Shown piece after piece: positions 33,501 to 42,628 of a stretch of 64,000 bases of DNA (position 1 is the first letter of the stretch; every line of letters begins with the position of its first letter). The DNA lies in NCBI GenBank assembly GCA_964188305.1, contig OZ076888.1, one strand, 5' to 3'. The position numbers were made by a program, and so were the translations under genes. The DNA comes from Podarcis bocagei. Lineage: Eukaryota. The notes under the pieces are model-generated. The model did not search any database. It was given only the letters and a program-made list of their open reading frames with translations, and was not told where the DNA came from.

Positions 33501-35665
33501 AGAATGAAAGGATTTTGTGAACATAGATATTACTTAAAACCACACAGCATTCACTTTTGCTTATAACGTATTACAGATGGCAAAAGAACAAGGTTTAGAT
33601 GTTTTGCCAGAACATGATCCGATACGTGACCAGAGTTGGTATGTAAACAGAAAACTCCGTCAAAGACTTTTTGAAGAATATGGAGTAAAAACCTGCACTC
33701 TGATCCAGTTCCTTGGTGATGCCATTGTTTTACCAGCAGGAGCACTTCACCAGGTAAAAACATCAATTTATTTTTACTAGAGTCACTAGATACCTCAGAC
33801 AAGCTGTTGTACTATTTGGTGTCCAAGAGTGGAGCAACCCAAGAGGATGCGTGAAGGCGGTAATAGGGGTGGGTGGGTGGGTGGGTGGGTGGGTGGGTGA
33901 GTGCGCGTGCATGTGTGTGCGTGCATGTGCGCGCACCCCCTCCTCATATGTATGTATGTGAGAGAGAGCAATTGTGGGGTGGTCAGAGGGCTGACTACAG
34001 TGAATGCAATGCTCATGCTGATAAAAATTACACACACAGTTTTCCTATCTAATCAGCTGGAAAATTTGCATGCAACTCTATGGGTTTTTGAACGCATAAT
34101 AGGGTTTTTTGGTGATTTGGAAAGCTGTGATCAATGCACACTGGCTTTAAAAAAAAAACTTTTTCTCGTTTGCCCAAGAACAATTCAGAATGTTGTTTTG
34201 TGTTTCCGTTTCTTGCTCAGGTACAGAATTTTCATAGCTGTATTCAAGTAACTGAAGACTTTGTGTCTCCAGAGCACCTTATACAGTCATTTCACTTAAC
34301 ACAAGAATTGAGGCTCTCAAAGGAAGAAATCAATTATGATGATAAGCTGCAGGTAACAAATGAGTACTTGTCATAACTCCATTTCTGATGAAACATCAGT
34401 CCTCTCTCACGTTAACTTTGAATGTGCACATTGAATATGAGACAGTAGTATCACTTTCATTTGTGATAGTTTCACATTGGCTTTTCTGAGCATTTCCATG
34501 TGTGTTAGTTAGTTATTTAGTTAATTGGTTATTAAATTTCTATATCGCTCTTCGTCCAAGGATCACAGGGCAGTTTACAATTGAAAAATGCATAAAATGA
34601 AAACCATGGCTAATTCTGCTTATGGCCGCTGTAACAATTAAATAAGCCTTTTTTAATAAGAGGGGGGGAACTATGTATTAGGTTCATAGTAAAGAAGAAA
34701 AAATGGACTCTCCATTTCCCCATTCCCTGTAGAATTAGGACCCAGATGTGTATGTATGTGTAAAATCCTGTATATGTGTTTTAAAATACAATTTAAGTAG
34801 ATCCTTAGCTTTTAGAACAGTATAGGGAATTTTTAAATGTTTGAAGTTTTACTGTGTTTAATGTTTTGATTTGTTGGAAGCAGCCCAAAGTGACTGGGAC
34901 AACCCAGTCAAATGGGCAGCATGTAAATTATGATCCAGAATAATTCCTATACAGGAACAAGGTTATGGGCTCCAACAAGGCCATATAATGGTATGACAGG
35001 TGCACATCTAGGGCTTGTATATGCTCACTCTACTCCAGGGGTCGGCAGCCTAAGGCCCATGGGCCATAAGCGGCCCACGGGTCGTTTTACCGGCCCCTGA
35101 GCCGCCCACTCAGCGAGTCCCTGCACCCTGCACTAAACTATCACGGCACAGGGACTCGCTTTTGCGGCACGGGGAAGCACGCCCGCGATCCAGCCCACAG
35201 AGGGGGCTCCGTGGCAGTGAACCAGCCCAGGCAAGTTAAGCCTTGCCGACCCCTGCTCTACTCCCTCTTCCGTTTTCCCCAGGGAGAATGTGCCATATAA
35301 CAGGCCAACCAGTTGGGGTATACTGAACTTGCTCTGTGCCCCCACCCAGTATTGTGTTCTCTCCTTAAAAAGAACAGGCTTAGACCCCGTGTGAGCTCAG
35401 GGCCTTATACAAGTTATAAAAGTGTTCTTAATCTTTGTACCACCACAATTGTAAACAAAGAACCTCCAAAAATGATGCAGTCTTTTTTCCCTTTCAGTGT
35501 TTTCCTCTCTTATGCCTACCTTTACGTTGTCTGGTACTCTGCTAATCACCAATCTCTCCAAATTTATTTTTGCAGATTAAAAATATTTTGTATCATACAG
35601 TTAAGGAAATGGTGAGAGCTTTGAAGATTCATGAACATGAACTAGAAGATATGGAGGAAAATTAA
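2699..35665 (+). CDS. JMJD1C: JMJD1C (KDM3 family JmjC protein), 5'-partial, 23 coding exons, 2375 aa within the window
   Basis: All introns GT-AG with compatible phases; exons sum to 7128 nt; C6-type zinc finger ([26 protein letters not shown]), LRDLL NR box, JmjC domain with H-x-E...H; C-terminus ends EDMEEN*. Confidence 0.98.
3530..3884 (-). mobile_element. Sauria SINE, full length
   Basis: Near-identical to the other copies in the window. Confidence 0.92.
4710..4834 (+). CDS. JMJD1C: JMJD1C exon 5
   Basis: aag|[41 protein letters not shown]|gtaact. Confidence 0.95.
5637..5780 (+). CDS. JMJD1C: JMJD1C exon 6
   Basis: cag|[48 protein letters not shown]|gtagat. Confidence 0.93.
5873..6059 (+). 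CDS. JMJD1C: JMJD1C exon 7
   Basis: tttag|[18 protein letters not shown]...YDYISQG|gtataa. Confidence 0.92.
6156..7831 (+). CDS. JMJD1C: JMJD1C exon 8 (1676 bp)
   Basis: tacag acceptor; contains most of ORF 6230-7873 ([20 protein letters not shown], His-rich region); donor AGG|gtaagt. Confidence 0.95.
9083..9255 (+). CDS. JMJD1C: JMJD1C exon 9
   Basis: cag|[37 protein letters not shown]...HHK|gtaagt. Confidence 0.95.
9543..11710 (+). CDS. JMJD1C: JMJD1C exon 10 (2168 bp)
   Basis: Within ORF 9529-11745; [18 protein letters not shown] motif; acceptor tacag, donor gtaagt. Confidence 0.95.
12495..12552. repeat. (TC)n(TG)n compound microsatellite
   Basis: Directly visible. Confidence 0.95.
14518..14719 (+). 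CDS. JMJD1C: JMJD1C exon 11
   Basis: gcag|[43 protein letters not shown]...FCRFYYFR|gtaagt. Confidence 0.96.
16722..16936 (+). CDS. JMJD1C: JMJD1C exon 12
   Basis: gtag|[28 protein letters not shown]...SWVKKD|gtaagt. Confidence 0.96.
17649..17801 (+). CDS. JMJD1C: JMJD1C exon 13 (zinc finger)
   Basis: ccag|[51 protein letters not shown]|gtcagt. Confidence 0.96.
18048..18373. mobile_element. hAT-superfamily MITE
   Basis: TIRs CAGGGGTAGGCAACC / GGTTGCTGACCCCTG; perfect 8-bp TSD ATGTAAAC (18040-47, 18374-81); internal ~65-bp direct duplication. Confidence 0.92.
18399..18488 (+). CDS. JMJD1C: JMJD1C exon 14
   Basis: cacag|[30 protein letters not shown]|gtaaga; ends in phase 1. Confidence 0.96.
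18917..22504 (+). CDS. L1 ORF2 (partial APE endonuclease + reverse transcriptase + C-terminal Cys/His knuckle); the first 49 codons come from flanking host/MITE DNA
   Basis: Motifs IYAPN, GDMN, RIDQIW, SDH (EN); [45 protein letters not shown] (RT); CWKC...HLWWTC. Confidence 0.9.
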   Translation: MVQTRSSQPAALQMLLDYTSRQPKLAWSVFRDNGSFSPTTSTSTLANLVQGEKLLVVGIYAPNEGKSDFFKGLHETLTDYLDYNMIIMGDMNGVVSTNMDKAQRLTVTKEGRLPKTFFEMTENMDLIDIWRTRNPLEREGTFFSQAMMTWTRIDQIWVTSGLAPKIKKVEICPKTCSDHNAVKMEMKLTITGQFRWRMNDTLFRDKEILTKAQKTLKDYFEINLRTDVEKRVIWDASKAVMRGFLIQQNSIKRKKQNEKKEKILEMIKEGERKLRTKPKSQDILREIKLYQTQYMELMNQEIEWKIKQMKQKTFESANKCGKLLAWQLKKRQKLNTVTSLEVDGKSISKPNEIRNCFLSYFKKLYTQGPQNEEDIDKFLGRYGLQNISQQSKMDLNQRISEQEVEAAIQNTQLGKSPGPDGLTSRYYKSLKEWLIQPLREVCNEILEGKRAPESWKEAYISLIPKSETEKTQLKNYRPISLLNVDYKIFADILAKRFKRVLMEKIHKDQAGFLPKRHLADNVRNVIDILEKLEVNINTKAVLIFVDAEKAFDNISWSFMRKNLHGMGVGQGFENGMAAIYSEQKAKLIVNNVVTEELKIEKGTRQGCPISPLLFISVLEVLLNMIRNDQQVKGVQVGAKHYKLRAYADDLVLTLQEPNTSTKRVLEIIQQFGQVAGFKLNKQKTKVLGKNLTDMEKEKFQEETGLTVVKKVKYLGVYLTPKNVNLYKDNYEKCWSEIKKDLEIWSNLKLSMLGRIAVIKMNVLPRMLFLFQTLQILDKMECFKRWHKDISKFVWQGKKPRIKFKILTDAKERGGFALPDLKLYYEAAAFCWLKEWMLLENTDILDLEGFNNAFGWHAYLWYDKVNSTFKNHIVRKALFNVWIRYKDLLENKTPRWVSPVEAKAVKKLNMEVGWPKYWEILEQDGDKVKLQSQEKLKHKVENWFQYRQIMEIFKQDRKIGFQVEKSKLETELLEPNTKNLSRMYNLLLKWNTQDETVKSAMIKWAQDVGHNIMSDDWEWLWNTGIKFTACNALKENIMKMVYRWYMTPVKLAKIYHLPDNKCWKCKETEGTFYHLWWTCPKIKAFWEMIYNEMKKVLKCTFSKKPEAFLLGIVGQLVTKKDRNFFMYATTAARILIAKYWKTQDLPTLEEWQMKVMDYMTLAEMTGRIRDQRKEMVEEEWKKFKSYLKDYYKLNEC
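18928..19060. mobile_element. Old short hAT-type MITE, the host of the L1 insertion
   Basis: Left TIR CAGGAGTAGCCAA, degenerate right TIR TTGGCTAACTTG, degenerate 8-bp TSD GTACAGAC (18920) / GTATAGAA (22798); the CCAGATGTTGCTGGACTACA body recurs degenerately near 15180, 24480, 32510 and 53530. Confidence 0.6.
19064..22781 (+). mobile_element. L1 LINE, 5'-truncated inside the endonuclease domain, young
   Basis: Perfect 19-bp TSD TACATTGGCTAACTTGGTA (19045-63, 22782-800); AATAAA at 22752; poly(A) at 22766-81; uninterrupted ORF2. Confidence 0.97.
23461..23588 (+). CDS. JMJD1C: JMJD1C exon 15
   Basis: tatag|[24 protein letters not shown]...NGVSQ|gtaagg. Confidence 0.95.
23795..24008 (+). CDS. 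JMJD1C: JMJD1C exon 16
   Basis: tacag|[11 protein letters not shown]...[21 protein letters not shown]|gtaaat. Confidence 0.96.
24185..24405 (-). mobile_element. L2 LINE 3' fragment
   Basis: Reverse complement resembles the 3' end of the L2 at 58950-59145 and 63165-63385. Confidence 0.7.
26851..27065 (+). CDS. JMJD1C: JMJD1C exon 17 (LxxLL NR box)
   Basis: tttag|ENKDCP...[37 protein letters not shown]|gtgagt. Confidence 0.95.
27698..27976 (+). CDS. JMJD1C: JMJD1C exon 18
   Basis: aatag|[26 protein letters not shown]...[13 protein letters not shown]|gtatgt. Confidence 0.95.
29404..29572 (+). CDS. JMJD1C: JMJD1C exon 19
   Basis: ttcag|[17 protein letters not shown]...[11 protein letters not shown]|gtatgt. 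Confidence 0.96.
30400..30490 (+). CDS. JMJD1C: JMJD1C exon 20
   Basis: tgcag|[30 protein letters not shown]|gtattt. Confidence 0.95.
30581..30711 (+). CDS. JMJD1C: JMJD1C exon 21 (JmjC)
   Basis: ccag|[43 protein letters not shown]|gtaagt. Confidence 0.96.
30719..30820. mobile_element. Tc1/mariner-type MITE, one end only
   Basis: TA|CCGTATTTTTCGCCCTATAGG terminus typical of TcMar non-autonomous elements; second TIR not found. Confidence 0.55.
31060..31178. mobile_element. Short fold-back (palindromic) MITE
   Basis: GGGTGGTATTC...AAGTTTTACTCAGA...TCTGAGTAAAACTT...GAATAACACCC; partial related copy near 50260. Confidence 0.7.
31333..31455 (+). CDS. JMJD1C: JMJD1C exon 22 (JmjC H-x-E iron ligands)
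   Basis: aaag|[41 protein letters not shown]|gtaaag. Confidence 0.96.
32059..32198 (+). CDS. JMJD1C: JMJD1C exon 23
   Basis: ctcag|[46 protein letters not shown]|gttaga. Confidence 0.95.
32709..33158 (-). mobile_element. CR1 LINE 3' fragment (~450 bp)
   Basis: [15 protein letters not shown]...[23 protein letters not shown] (CR1 ORF2 C-terminus) and (ATTCTATG)n tail. Confidence 0.95.
33577..33753 (+). CDS. JMJD1C: JMJD1C exon 24 (third iron-ligand His)
   Basis: tacag|[22 protein letters not shown]...[15 protein letters not shown]|gtaaaa. Confidence 0.96.
33866..33936 (+). repeat. (GGGT)8 followed by an alternating purine-pyrimidine tract
   Basis: Directly visible. Confidence 0.9.
34221..34352 (+). 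CDS. JMJD1C: JMJD1C exon 25
   Basis: ctcag|[44 protein letters not shown]|gtaaca. Confidence 0.96.
35036..35255. mobile_element. hAT MITE
   Basis: TIRs CAGGGGTCGGCA / TGCCGACCCCTG; perfect 8-bp TSD CTCTACTC. Confidence 0.92.
35576..35665 (+). CDS. JMJD1C: JMJD1C last coding exon (26)
   Basis: tgcag|[29 protein letters not shown]. Confidence 0.96.
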   Translation: MKNILYHTVKEMVRALKIHEHELEDMEEN

Positions 35666-36265
35666 GTGTGCACGCTCTCTGTCCTTTTTGGGTCAGAAGA
35701 ACGTATTTTATCTTTTTTTTTTTTTTCTTTATGATAAAAGAAATCTACTCACTAATCTAAGCTGCACGAACCATCAGTGCCAAGAAAATATATTTGTTGT
35801 ATTTTACTTGCTACTGACGCTGCAACAAACTAGCTTCTCATCACAGCTGTTGTGATTTAAACGAGAGGTTTTTTTAAAAAAAGAAATTGGAAATCCTAAG
35901 CAGTGCTCTGCTGCTCTGTATTATACTGTAAATGAAATTTTCAAAATGTCAAAGATTTAAGATGTATTTATTTTTTTGGGAAGAAAACACAGAATTCTAT
36001 GCTCTATTGTTGATCAAATGTAAATGTGATTTGTACAGTTTGGTTAAAATAACTTGGATATTTTTCACTACATTGAGACAGTTACTGTGAGAGTAGGACA
36101 CAAACACCAGCTATTGCCTGCATTTGGGATATTGCTGAAACCGCACAGCAGTCATGTCATGATCTGAAAATTACTGCCAAATAACTGTAAACTTTGTACA
36201 ATATAAAGTATATAAAATAGATATTGCAGACACTTCAGTATTTTATTGAAGCTATTCAGAGTACA

Positions 36266-36271
36266 ATTAAA
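36266..36271 (+). terminator. Candidate JMJD1C poly(A) signal ATTAAA (alternative AATAAA at 36757)
   Basis: Hexamer at the end of an AT-rich 3' UTR-like tract. Confidence 0.5.
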
Positions 36272-36290
36272 ACATTTTCAAAAAGGTGTA

Positions 36291-36438
36291 NNNNNNNNNN
36301 NNNNNNNNNNNNNNNNNNNNNNNNNNNNNNNNNNNNNNNNNNNNNNNNNNNNNNNNNNNNNNNNNNNNNNNNNNNNNNNNNNNNNNNNNNNNNNNNNNNN
36401 NNNNNNNNNNNNNNNNNNNNNNNNNNNNNNNNNNNNNN
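36291..36438. other. Assembly gap (148 N)
   Basis: N run. Confidence 1.
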
Positions 36439-37150
36439 GCAAGTGTTAAACATGCTTTGTACTTTGAAAGTTGAAAGGGGTTTTGCATTTTCCATTAAAA
36501 GGACTTTATCAAATGTTGTCTCATTGTGTGTGTTTTTCATGTTTTGTGGCACATTTGTTAAAAATGCACATGTCTGAGTCATTCATTCATTCACAGTGGT
36601 TGCAGATGTCTGTAATGTTGACTATTGTAAATGACAGATTGTTGTGTGTTTAATTAGTGTGGATCTTTCTGCCCTCTCCAGGTTTCATATGAAACTGCTC
36701 ACATGTGCTAGAACACAGTTCAACTGGCTGAGCCAAAGAAAGTTTATCTAATGAAGAATAAAAAAAAATTAAATCCTTCCTTGTTATGTATTGTCGTTAA
36801 TTACTGTTCAAATTACCATATTAAAAAACCTGGACTTTTATTATCAGTCAGGAGGATTGCATTTGGCAGACTCATAAAATATGACAAACTCCTTGACAAA
36901 CTTTTGTGCTAGGAAATGATAGTTATGTAGAAGCTCACATTTACAAATAACGATTTAAGAGTTGAGGTCTTCACATGCTTTTCCTGCACTGGTGGTATAG
37001 TGCATATTTTACAATATTTTGTGTACTTCTGAAGCACAGTATCCCAATGGCTGTATTTAGCGGTTGATAGGTAATAGTCTTATTCTAAGTTACCAGCAAA
37101 ATGGGTACACAACATAACAAGTTTGAATCCATGTTAAAATTTACTATCTA

Positions 37151-37591
37151 CAGTGGTGCCTCGCAAGACGAAATTAATTCGTTCCGCAAGTTTTTTCTTC
37201 TTGCGAGTTTCCCGCTCCCGACCCCCAGCATTTTAAAATATCCCCGGGACAGCAGAGAATGCTCCCGCCCGCCAGCATTTTAAGATCGCCCGGGGCAGCG
37301 GAGAAGTCTCCGCTGTCCCGGGAAGGCAGGCGGGGGGGAGCAAAGACTTTTGCCCCCCGCCGGCCTTCAGAAGAGGTCCAGGACCTCTTCTGAAGGCCGG
37401 CTGTGGGCGAAAGTCTTTGCTCCCGACCGCCAGCAATTTAAAACAGGTCCCCGGAGATTTCCCTATGGGCTTTCGTCTTGCGAAGCAAGCCCATAGGGAA
37501 ATTCGTCTTGCGAAGCGCCTCCAAAACAGAAAACCCTTTCGTCTTGCGGGTTTTCCGTCTTGCGAGGCATTCGTCTTGCGGGGTACCACTG
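37151..37591. mobile_element. Tc1/mariner (pogo/Tigger-like) MITE
   Basis: TA TSD on both sides; TIRs CAGTGGTGCCTCGCAAGACGAA / TTCGTCTTGCGGGGTACCACTG. Confidence 0.92.
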
Positions 37592-38089
37592 TAATCACTT
37601 GAAAATGTTCTACTTTAAATTCTATCTGTAAATTTGATGTGACAATTGTTTAGCCAAAGTTTTGGCAAGGTTTCAGGCTTCTCTGATAATTGCATCAGTT
37701 AGGGGCTAACTATACATTATTGTACAAACAGCATGTAATTGGTCCTCTTAGTCAATAGCCAAAAGAATAAGAATCTTCACTCTAGCCATATCGCTTTCAT
37801 GGGGGGAAAGGCTGGAGACTGGAGAGAGACCGCAAATACCCTCTAGGTGGCTGATCAGAACCCTTGTGCCTTTTTTGTTGGATCTGCTATTCCTTTGCAG
37901 GTAGCAAAACCTTACCTTGACATAACTGGCCTTGAAGGAAGAGAAGGTTGCCATCTCTAGATATGTATGGAAGATTGAACACATCCTGAAGTTTATGTGA
38001 GAGATCCTTGATAGTAAACATAAGATGTAGATGTGTCTTGGGTGGTTGAAGCTCCACCAAGTGGCTGTGGAGGACAACCCATCCTCTTT

Positions 38090-38447
38090 AAAGGTAAAGG
38101 ACCCCTGACGGTTAAGTCCAGTTGCGAACGGCTCTGGGGTTGCGGCTCTTATCTCGCTTTACTGACCGAGGGAGCCGATGTTTGTCCGCAGACAGTTTTT
38201 CCGGGTCATGCGGTCAGCATGACTAAGCCGCTTCTGGTGAAACCAGAGCAGCACACGAAAACGCCGTTTACCTTCCCGCCGGAGCGGTACCTATTTATTT
38301 ACTTGCACTTTTTAGTGTGCTTTTGAATTGCTAGGTTGGCAGGAGCTGGGACTGAACAATGGGAGCTCAACCCATCGTGGGGATTCGAACCACCAACCTT
38401 CCAATTGGCAAGCTCAGTGGTTTAGACCACAGCGCCACCCGCGTCCC
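38090..38447 (-). mobile_element. Sauria SINE
   Basis: Matches the other copies; flanking TCCTCTTTA repeat. Confidence 0.9.
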
Positions 38448-39174
38448 ACTTCCTCCTCTTTAGGCACTTCAATTAGAATGTAAAAGAGGCACCAGACAAA
38501 CACGCTTGAATTTAGTGTGATTTCCTATTGTGTCTAATAAGCAGATGCCATCTGCCCTAGAATATTTGCTTGTTAATTCTCAATATGTAGGGAGGGAGAC
38601 CTGGAGGTGGGGCAGGACTCCTTCCCGCCTGCCATTTGGACAACCCAGTGTGTCTACACACTTTGCTAGGGGAAGGAGTAGACAGAATGAAATCCTGTTG
38701 AGATGCAGAAAATGAAACATTCTCTTTGTAGGGAGTGTTTTCAAATGGGTACATTGGCGTATAGTGTTTGGATAATTGTGGTTAATACGTTTAGGTAGAC
38801 CTATGTTGATTTCATGCATTTTATTTATGAAATGATTTTATAATTAAATGCATCATTATGCTCTCCCTGTAACAACTGCAATGTTTCCATAGTAACTAAT
38901 ACATTTTAACTAGGAAAGAGACACCACAAGCAAACAGAATGTGGCAAATATTACATGATGGAACCACATGATCAAAAATTTCCTGTTTAGTCTGTTGCAT
39001 ATGTGTTTTCAGCTACAACCCAGGCAATAGCAAAGGTAAAACACACAAATGCATAAACATGCTGCGGACTTAAAAAAATTAGAATTCTAAGGCCCAGTTC
39101 AGACATTCATTTATGCGGAAACAATCTTGGTCTGGTGGAGTTGGCAGGTTTACAAGGCAGTCACTTGATATGCT

Positions 39175-39291
39175 TGATATCTGAAGGCAGCACTGTATAG
39201 GGAAGCTTTTTAATGTTTCATGTTTTATTATATTTTTATATGTGTTGGAAGCTGCCCAGAGTGGCTGGGGCAACTTAGTCAGATGGGTGGG

Positions 39292-39355
<64 letters not shown>
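39175..39355 (+). mobile_element. L2 3' end with (TTA)n tail
   Basis: ATCTGAAGGCAGC...GCCCAGAGTGGCTGGGGCAAC...(TAT)n, as in the other L2 ends. Confidence 0.75.
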
Positions 39356-39356
<1 letters not shown>

Positions 39357-41443
39357 GCTGCTTTAAAATAGGAGGTTGCACAAATTGGACCTTCATATTC
39401 CACTCTACGTGGTGGAATAATGTGTGCTGTTTCTCCCGCCGCCCCCCCCCCCCCAATATTTTGACTGTCACCACCCAGTTCTTGAGTTTCTGAACTGGGC
39501 CCAATATTGGTGTATGAAACTGCCTTGTAACTATTAACCTAAGTAAACGCTGAATCATTGAAGCAGCAGAGCTACAGTTGAAAGAGGATGTTGGACTGTT
39601 ACCATTTAAAGCAGGGATGGCTGACCTGTGACACTCCAGTTGATAAGACTGCCAGTTCCTAACAGCTCCAGCCAGCGAGACATCAATGGTTAAACTCCTA
39701 GGAGTTTAACAACAATCTCTGATCTGTAGTAACTCAACTGCAGATTTCCACTTCTCATGTAACTGGTTTAGCTCCCATGCCATATTTTATGCCAGGCTCC
39801 AGTTGGTGTTCCTTTGTTTATAGTAGAAAACAAATGCAAATCCAATGACCCTGAAGTCAGCCCATGCCTGGTATAAGGTATTGGTTAATCTGTGTCTCGG
39901 ATGATTTAAAGACTGTTTCAAGCACACTACGGCACTCTGCTGTTGATTTAAAAGTGTCCGGGTTCTGCTCATGCCTGAAAGGAAGTCACTTCTTGGTCTG
40001 CACCCCACCAAGAAACTTTCCATGCATGTGCAGTGTAAGCGATACAGCCAAACATTAAACAGGTTTGTATAAGAGTTTAGAATTGAGTATAGCAGTTCAA
40101 TGTCTCCTAATCTCCATTGTAAGAGTGAGCTGTGGGTAGCTGGTGCTGAAGAAACAACATTGACCTTTCCAGTGTACTGAATAAACCGTTTCAAAATTGT
40201 CTTTGCTCTTTGTGTTTCTTAGTGCTCTAGCATGCTTCATTAATTTCTCTGCTAGAGGTAAGTTAGTGGCTGTTTGCCAGTATTGTGTTAATAGATTTCT
40301 AGCTGAAGACATGAGAAAGATTAGTAAGTCCTACATGCTGATGGTCATCTATAAACAGGAATTCCATGAATTCTTGGCCCCCACCTGCATTTCATAAATT
40401 GTGCTGTGTTCTTCAGACCAGATTGTAATTGTATCCACCTGAAAAATGGAGCTCATGCTGGAGTGAACAGTAGTGCACTATGACAGTTGCTTCTGGTGAT
40501 TTTAATGCATAAGAGGTACAGCCTGTTCCATTCCGTGCCTTTCTTTACAGCTGGGATAAGAGGTGTAGCAGCAGATAGGTGGTACATGAACTTAGTAAAC
40601 TCTTTTGCCTTCAACACTCTTCTCAAAACTTTTTCAAGCAAAGCTGCTTCTCTCTCAACTGTCTCTCCCAATCCTTTTATCTGCTGAAAGTAACATATTA
40701 AAATTACATGGATTGTTGCAGTTGTTGTGATTTAACGCCAAATTTATTCCCAGGAATATGTATTTGTTCATTTTGTGATGAAGTACAGGTGCCACCAATT
40801 TTGTTCCCTGTTTGCTTGGATAGCATGACTCATATTTTGGCAAAGTATGTGTCTGCTATACTCATAGACGCTATTTCTGTGGTCCAGCTGACAAGTGGTT
40901 GCTGTGGTGAGCAAACAGGCTGAGCAGAAATGAATGTCTGGTCCCCCCATTTAAATTGGATAGGTGCAGAAATCTTAAAAATCACACACAACTTCCAGGT
41001 TCAGTCTGTAGTGGGTCCAGCACAGCAGTGTCCTGATTGCCATCAAAAGATTTCCATCTAGAACTGCAACTCAGAAGCAGCAAAATTGCTTAAATAAGAT
41101 CTAACTCTGAATGTACAGGGTTGATCATTTTCTAAAACCTTGAACCAACTCCCAGCCCTGGTCCCAGAAACCATGCGTTTCACATAGCCAGTTCTCTTAT
41201 TTTTAGGAAAATGGTAAAAATAATATTGTTCCTGAGGGTTTTCGCCTCTTTAGAACTTGGCTATAGTAGTTGTTTATAGATTAACAGCTGCTGTGACGAT
41301 TTGTGTCCAGTCTGCCATAGACTGTAACACTGAATACACATTTCATCCCCTTTATTCTTGTGCTTAGCACTTTTTAACTAAAACTGATGTACAATATATT
41401 TGAGAAACTATGAAATAATGTCTGTAGCCATCTCTCACTCACC

Positions 41444-41513
41444 GTGTTTCCTGCTTGGCAGGGGGTTGGACTCGATGGCCCTTGTGGTCTCTTCCAACTC
41501 TATCATTCTGATT
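41444..41513 (+). mobile_element. CR1 extreme 3' end
   Basis: Near-identical to 45255-45321. Confidence 0.8.
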
Positions 41514-42102
41514 CCTTCCCTTAAAGTTCACATGAAGGTTTTGTTTGGTTTGTGTGTATTTAATTTGTTTAAACGATTTGGGGCAAATAATGTATTTGAT
41601 TTATGTTTTGTTTGTTTTTAAAAAGAAACTACAGCACTTTTTAAAATTGTTCCAGGAGTCAGTGTGGTACCCTTAGGCACTTATCAAAGGTTTGACAGAT
41701 GAGTGATAGCAGAACAACTTCCATGAAAAAAACTATTATGAAACTTTCAGTATTCTGTGCATCTGTAGTATTAGAAAACACGGTTCATACTGAGAGGCAA
41801 CAGGTCTGGCTTTATGAACTGAGCTTTGACCTATTATGTAACCCTGAATTTGCAACAGAGAGAATACCCTAGGCCTAGTAGATGTGCAGGGGTTCCCCAA
41901 CGTAGAAGGGGGGAGGACTAACTGAATTGAATATTAGTATATTAGTAAAGGTGCACACTGCATTTCACCATGTGCAATCTTGCACCAAACTAGGTGTGTC
42001 CATTAATTCCAATTTGCTATTGATATGCAGAAGCGAGAGCCACCCATCAGCCCCCTAAAACCTGATTTTTGTATAGTTGTATCCAGGTGTGTCCTTCACT
42101 GT

Positions 42103-42133
<31 letters not shown>

Positions 42134-42520
42134 AAGAAAAAAATGTAGCAGCAGTGATGGGTGTTCCAGTTTTCACCCTTCAACAGGAATATGGAAGTTC
42201 CCTCTCAAGATGAGTTACTCTTGTGGCTCTCTCTGTATTGTAGGATTCTATCAGTCCTAGTCAAGAAGGCCAAGACCCAGGGATGATGGGTGTTGTAGTC
42301 CAACATCATCTGAAGGGCCACTGAATCCCCATCCCCGCTCTTATCATTTTCTTATCTTTATGCTTTCGACATTCTGTCAGTCCTGGCTTTTGTTTTCTGC
42401 TTGCTCACAGACTTCTGCAACCTTTGGAAAACCTGTCTATAAAAGCCAATGCATTATTTTTCATTAGCCTTGTTTAGGTTCCAAACTGATAGGCACTCAA
42501 CTGTCACAGATTGCTATTGT

Positions 42521-42628
42521 ATCATAGAAGGGACCATGAGAGTCATCTAGTCCAACCCCCTGAAATACAGGAATCTTGTGCCCAATATGGGGCTTGAACC
42601 CACAACCATGAGATTAAACTCTCATGCT
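42521..42628 (-). mobile_element. tRNA-Lys-derived SINE with CR1-like tail, degenerate
   Basis: Reverse complement AGCATGAGAGTTTAATCTCATGGTTGTGGGTTCAAGCCCCA...GGGGGTTGGACTAGATGAC. Confidence 0.75.

Noticed and set aside
36224-36582. ORFs with X runs
   Set aside because: Artefacts of the 148-N gap
39787-40690. Cluster of minus-strand ORFs (135, 71 and 72 aa) with no repeat I recognise, considered as an endogenous viral element or pseudogene
   Set aside because: No motif recognised with confidence and most starts are non-ATG; a tBLASTx/HHpred search against viral proteins would settle it
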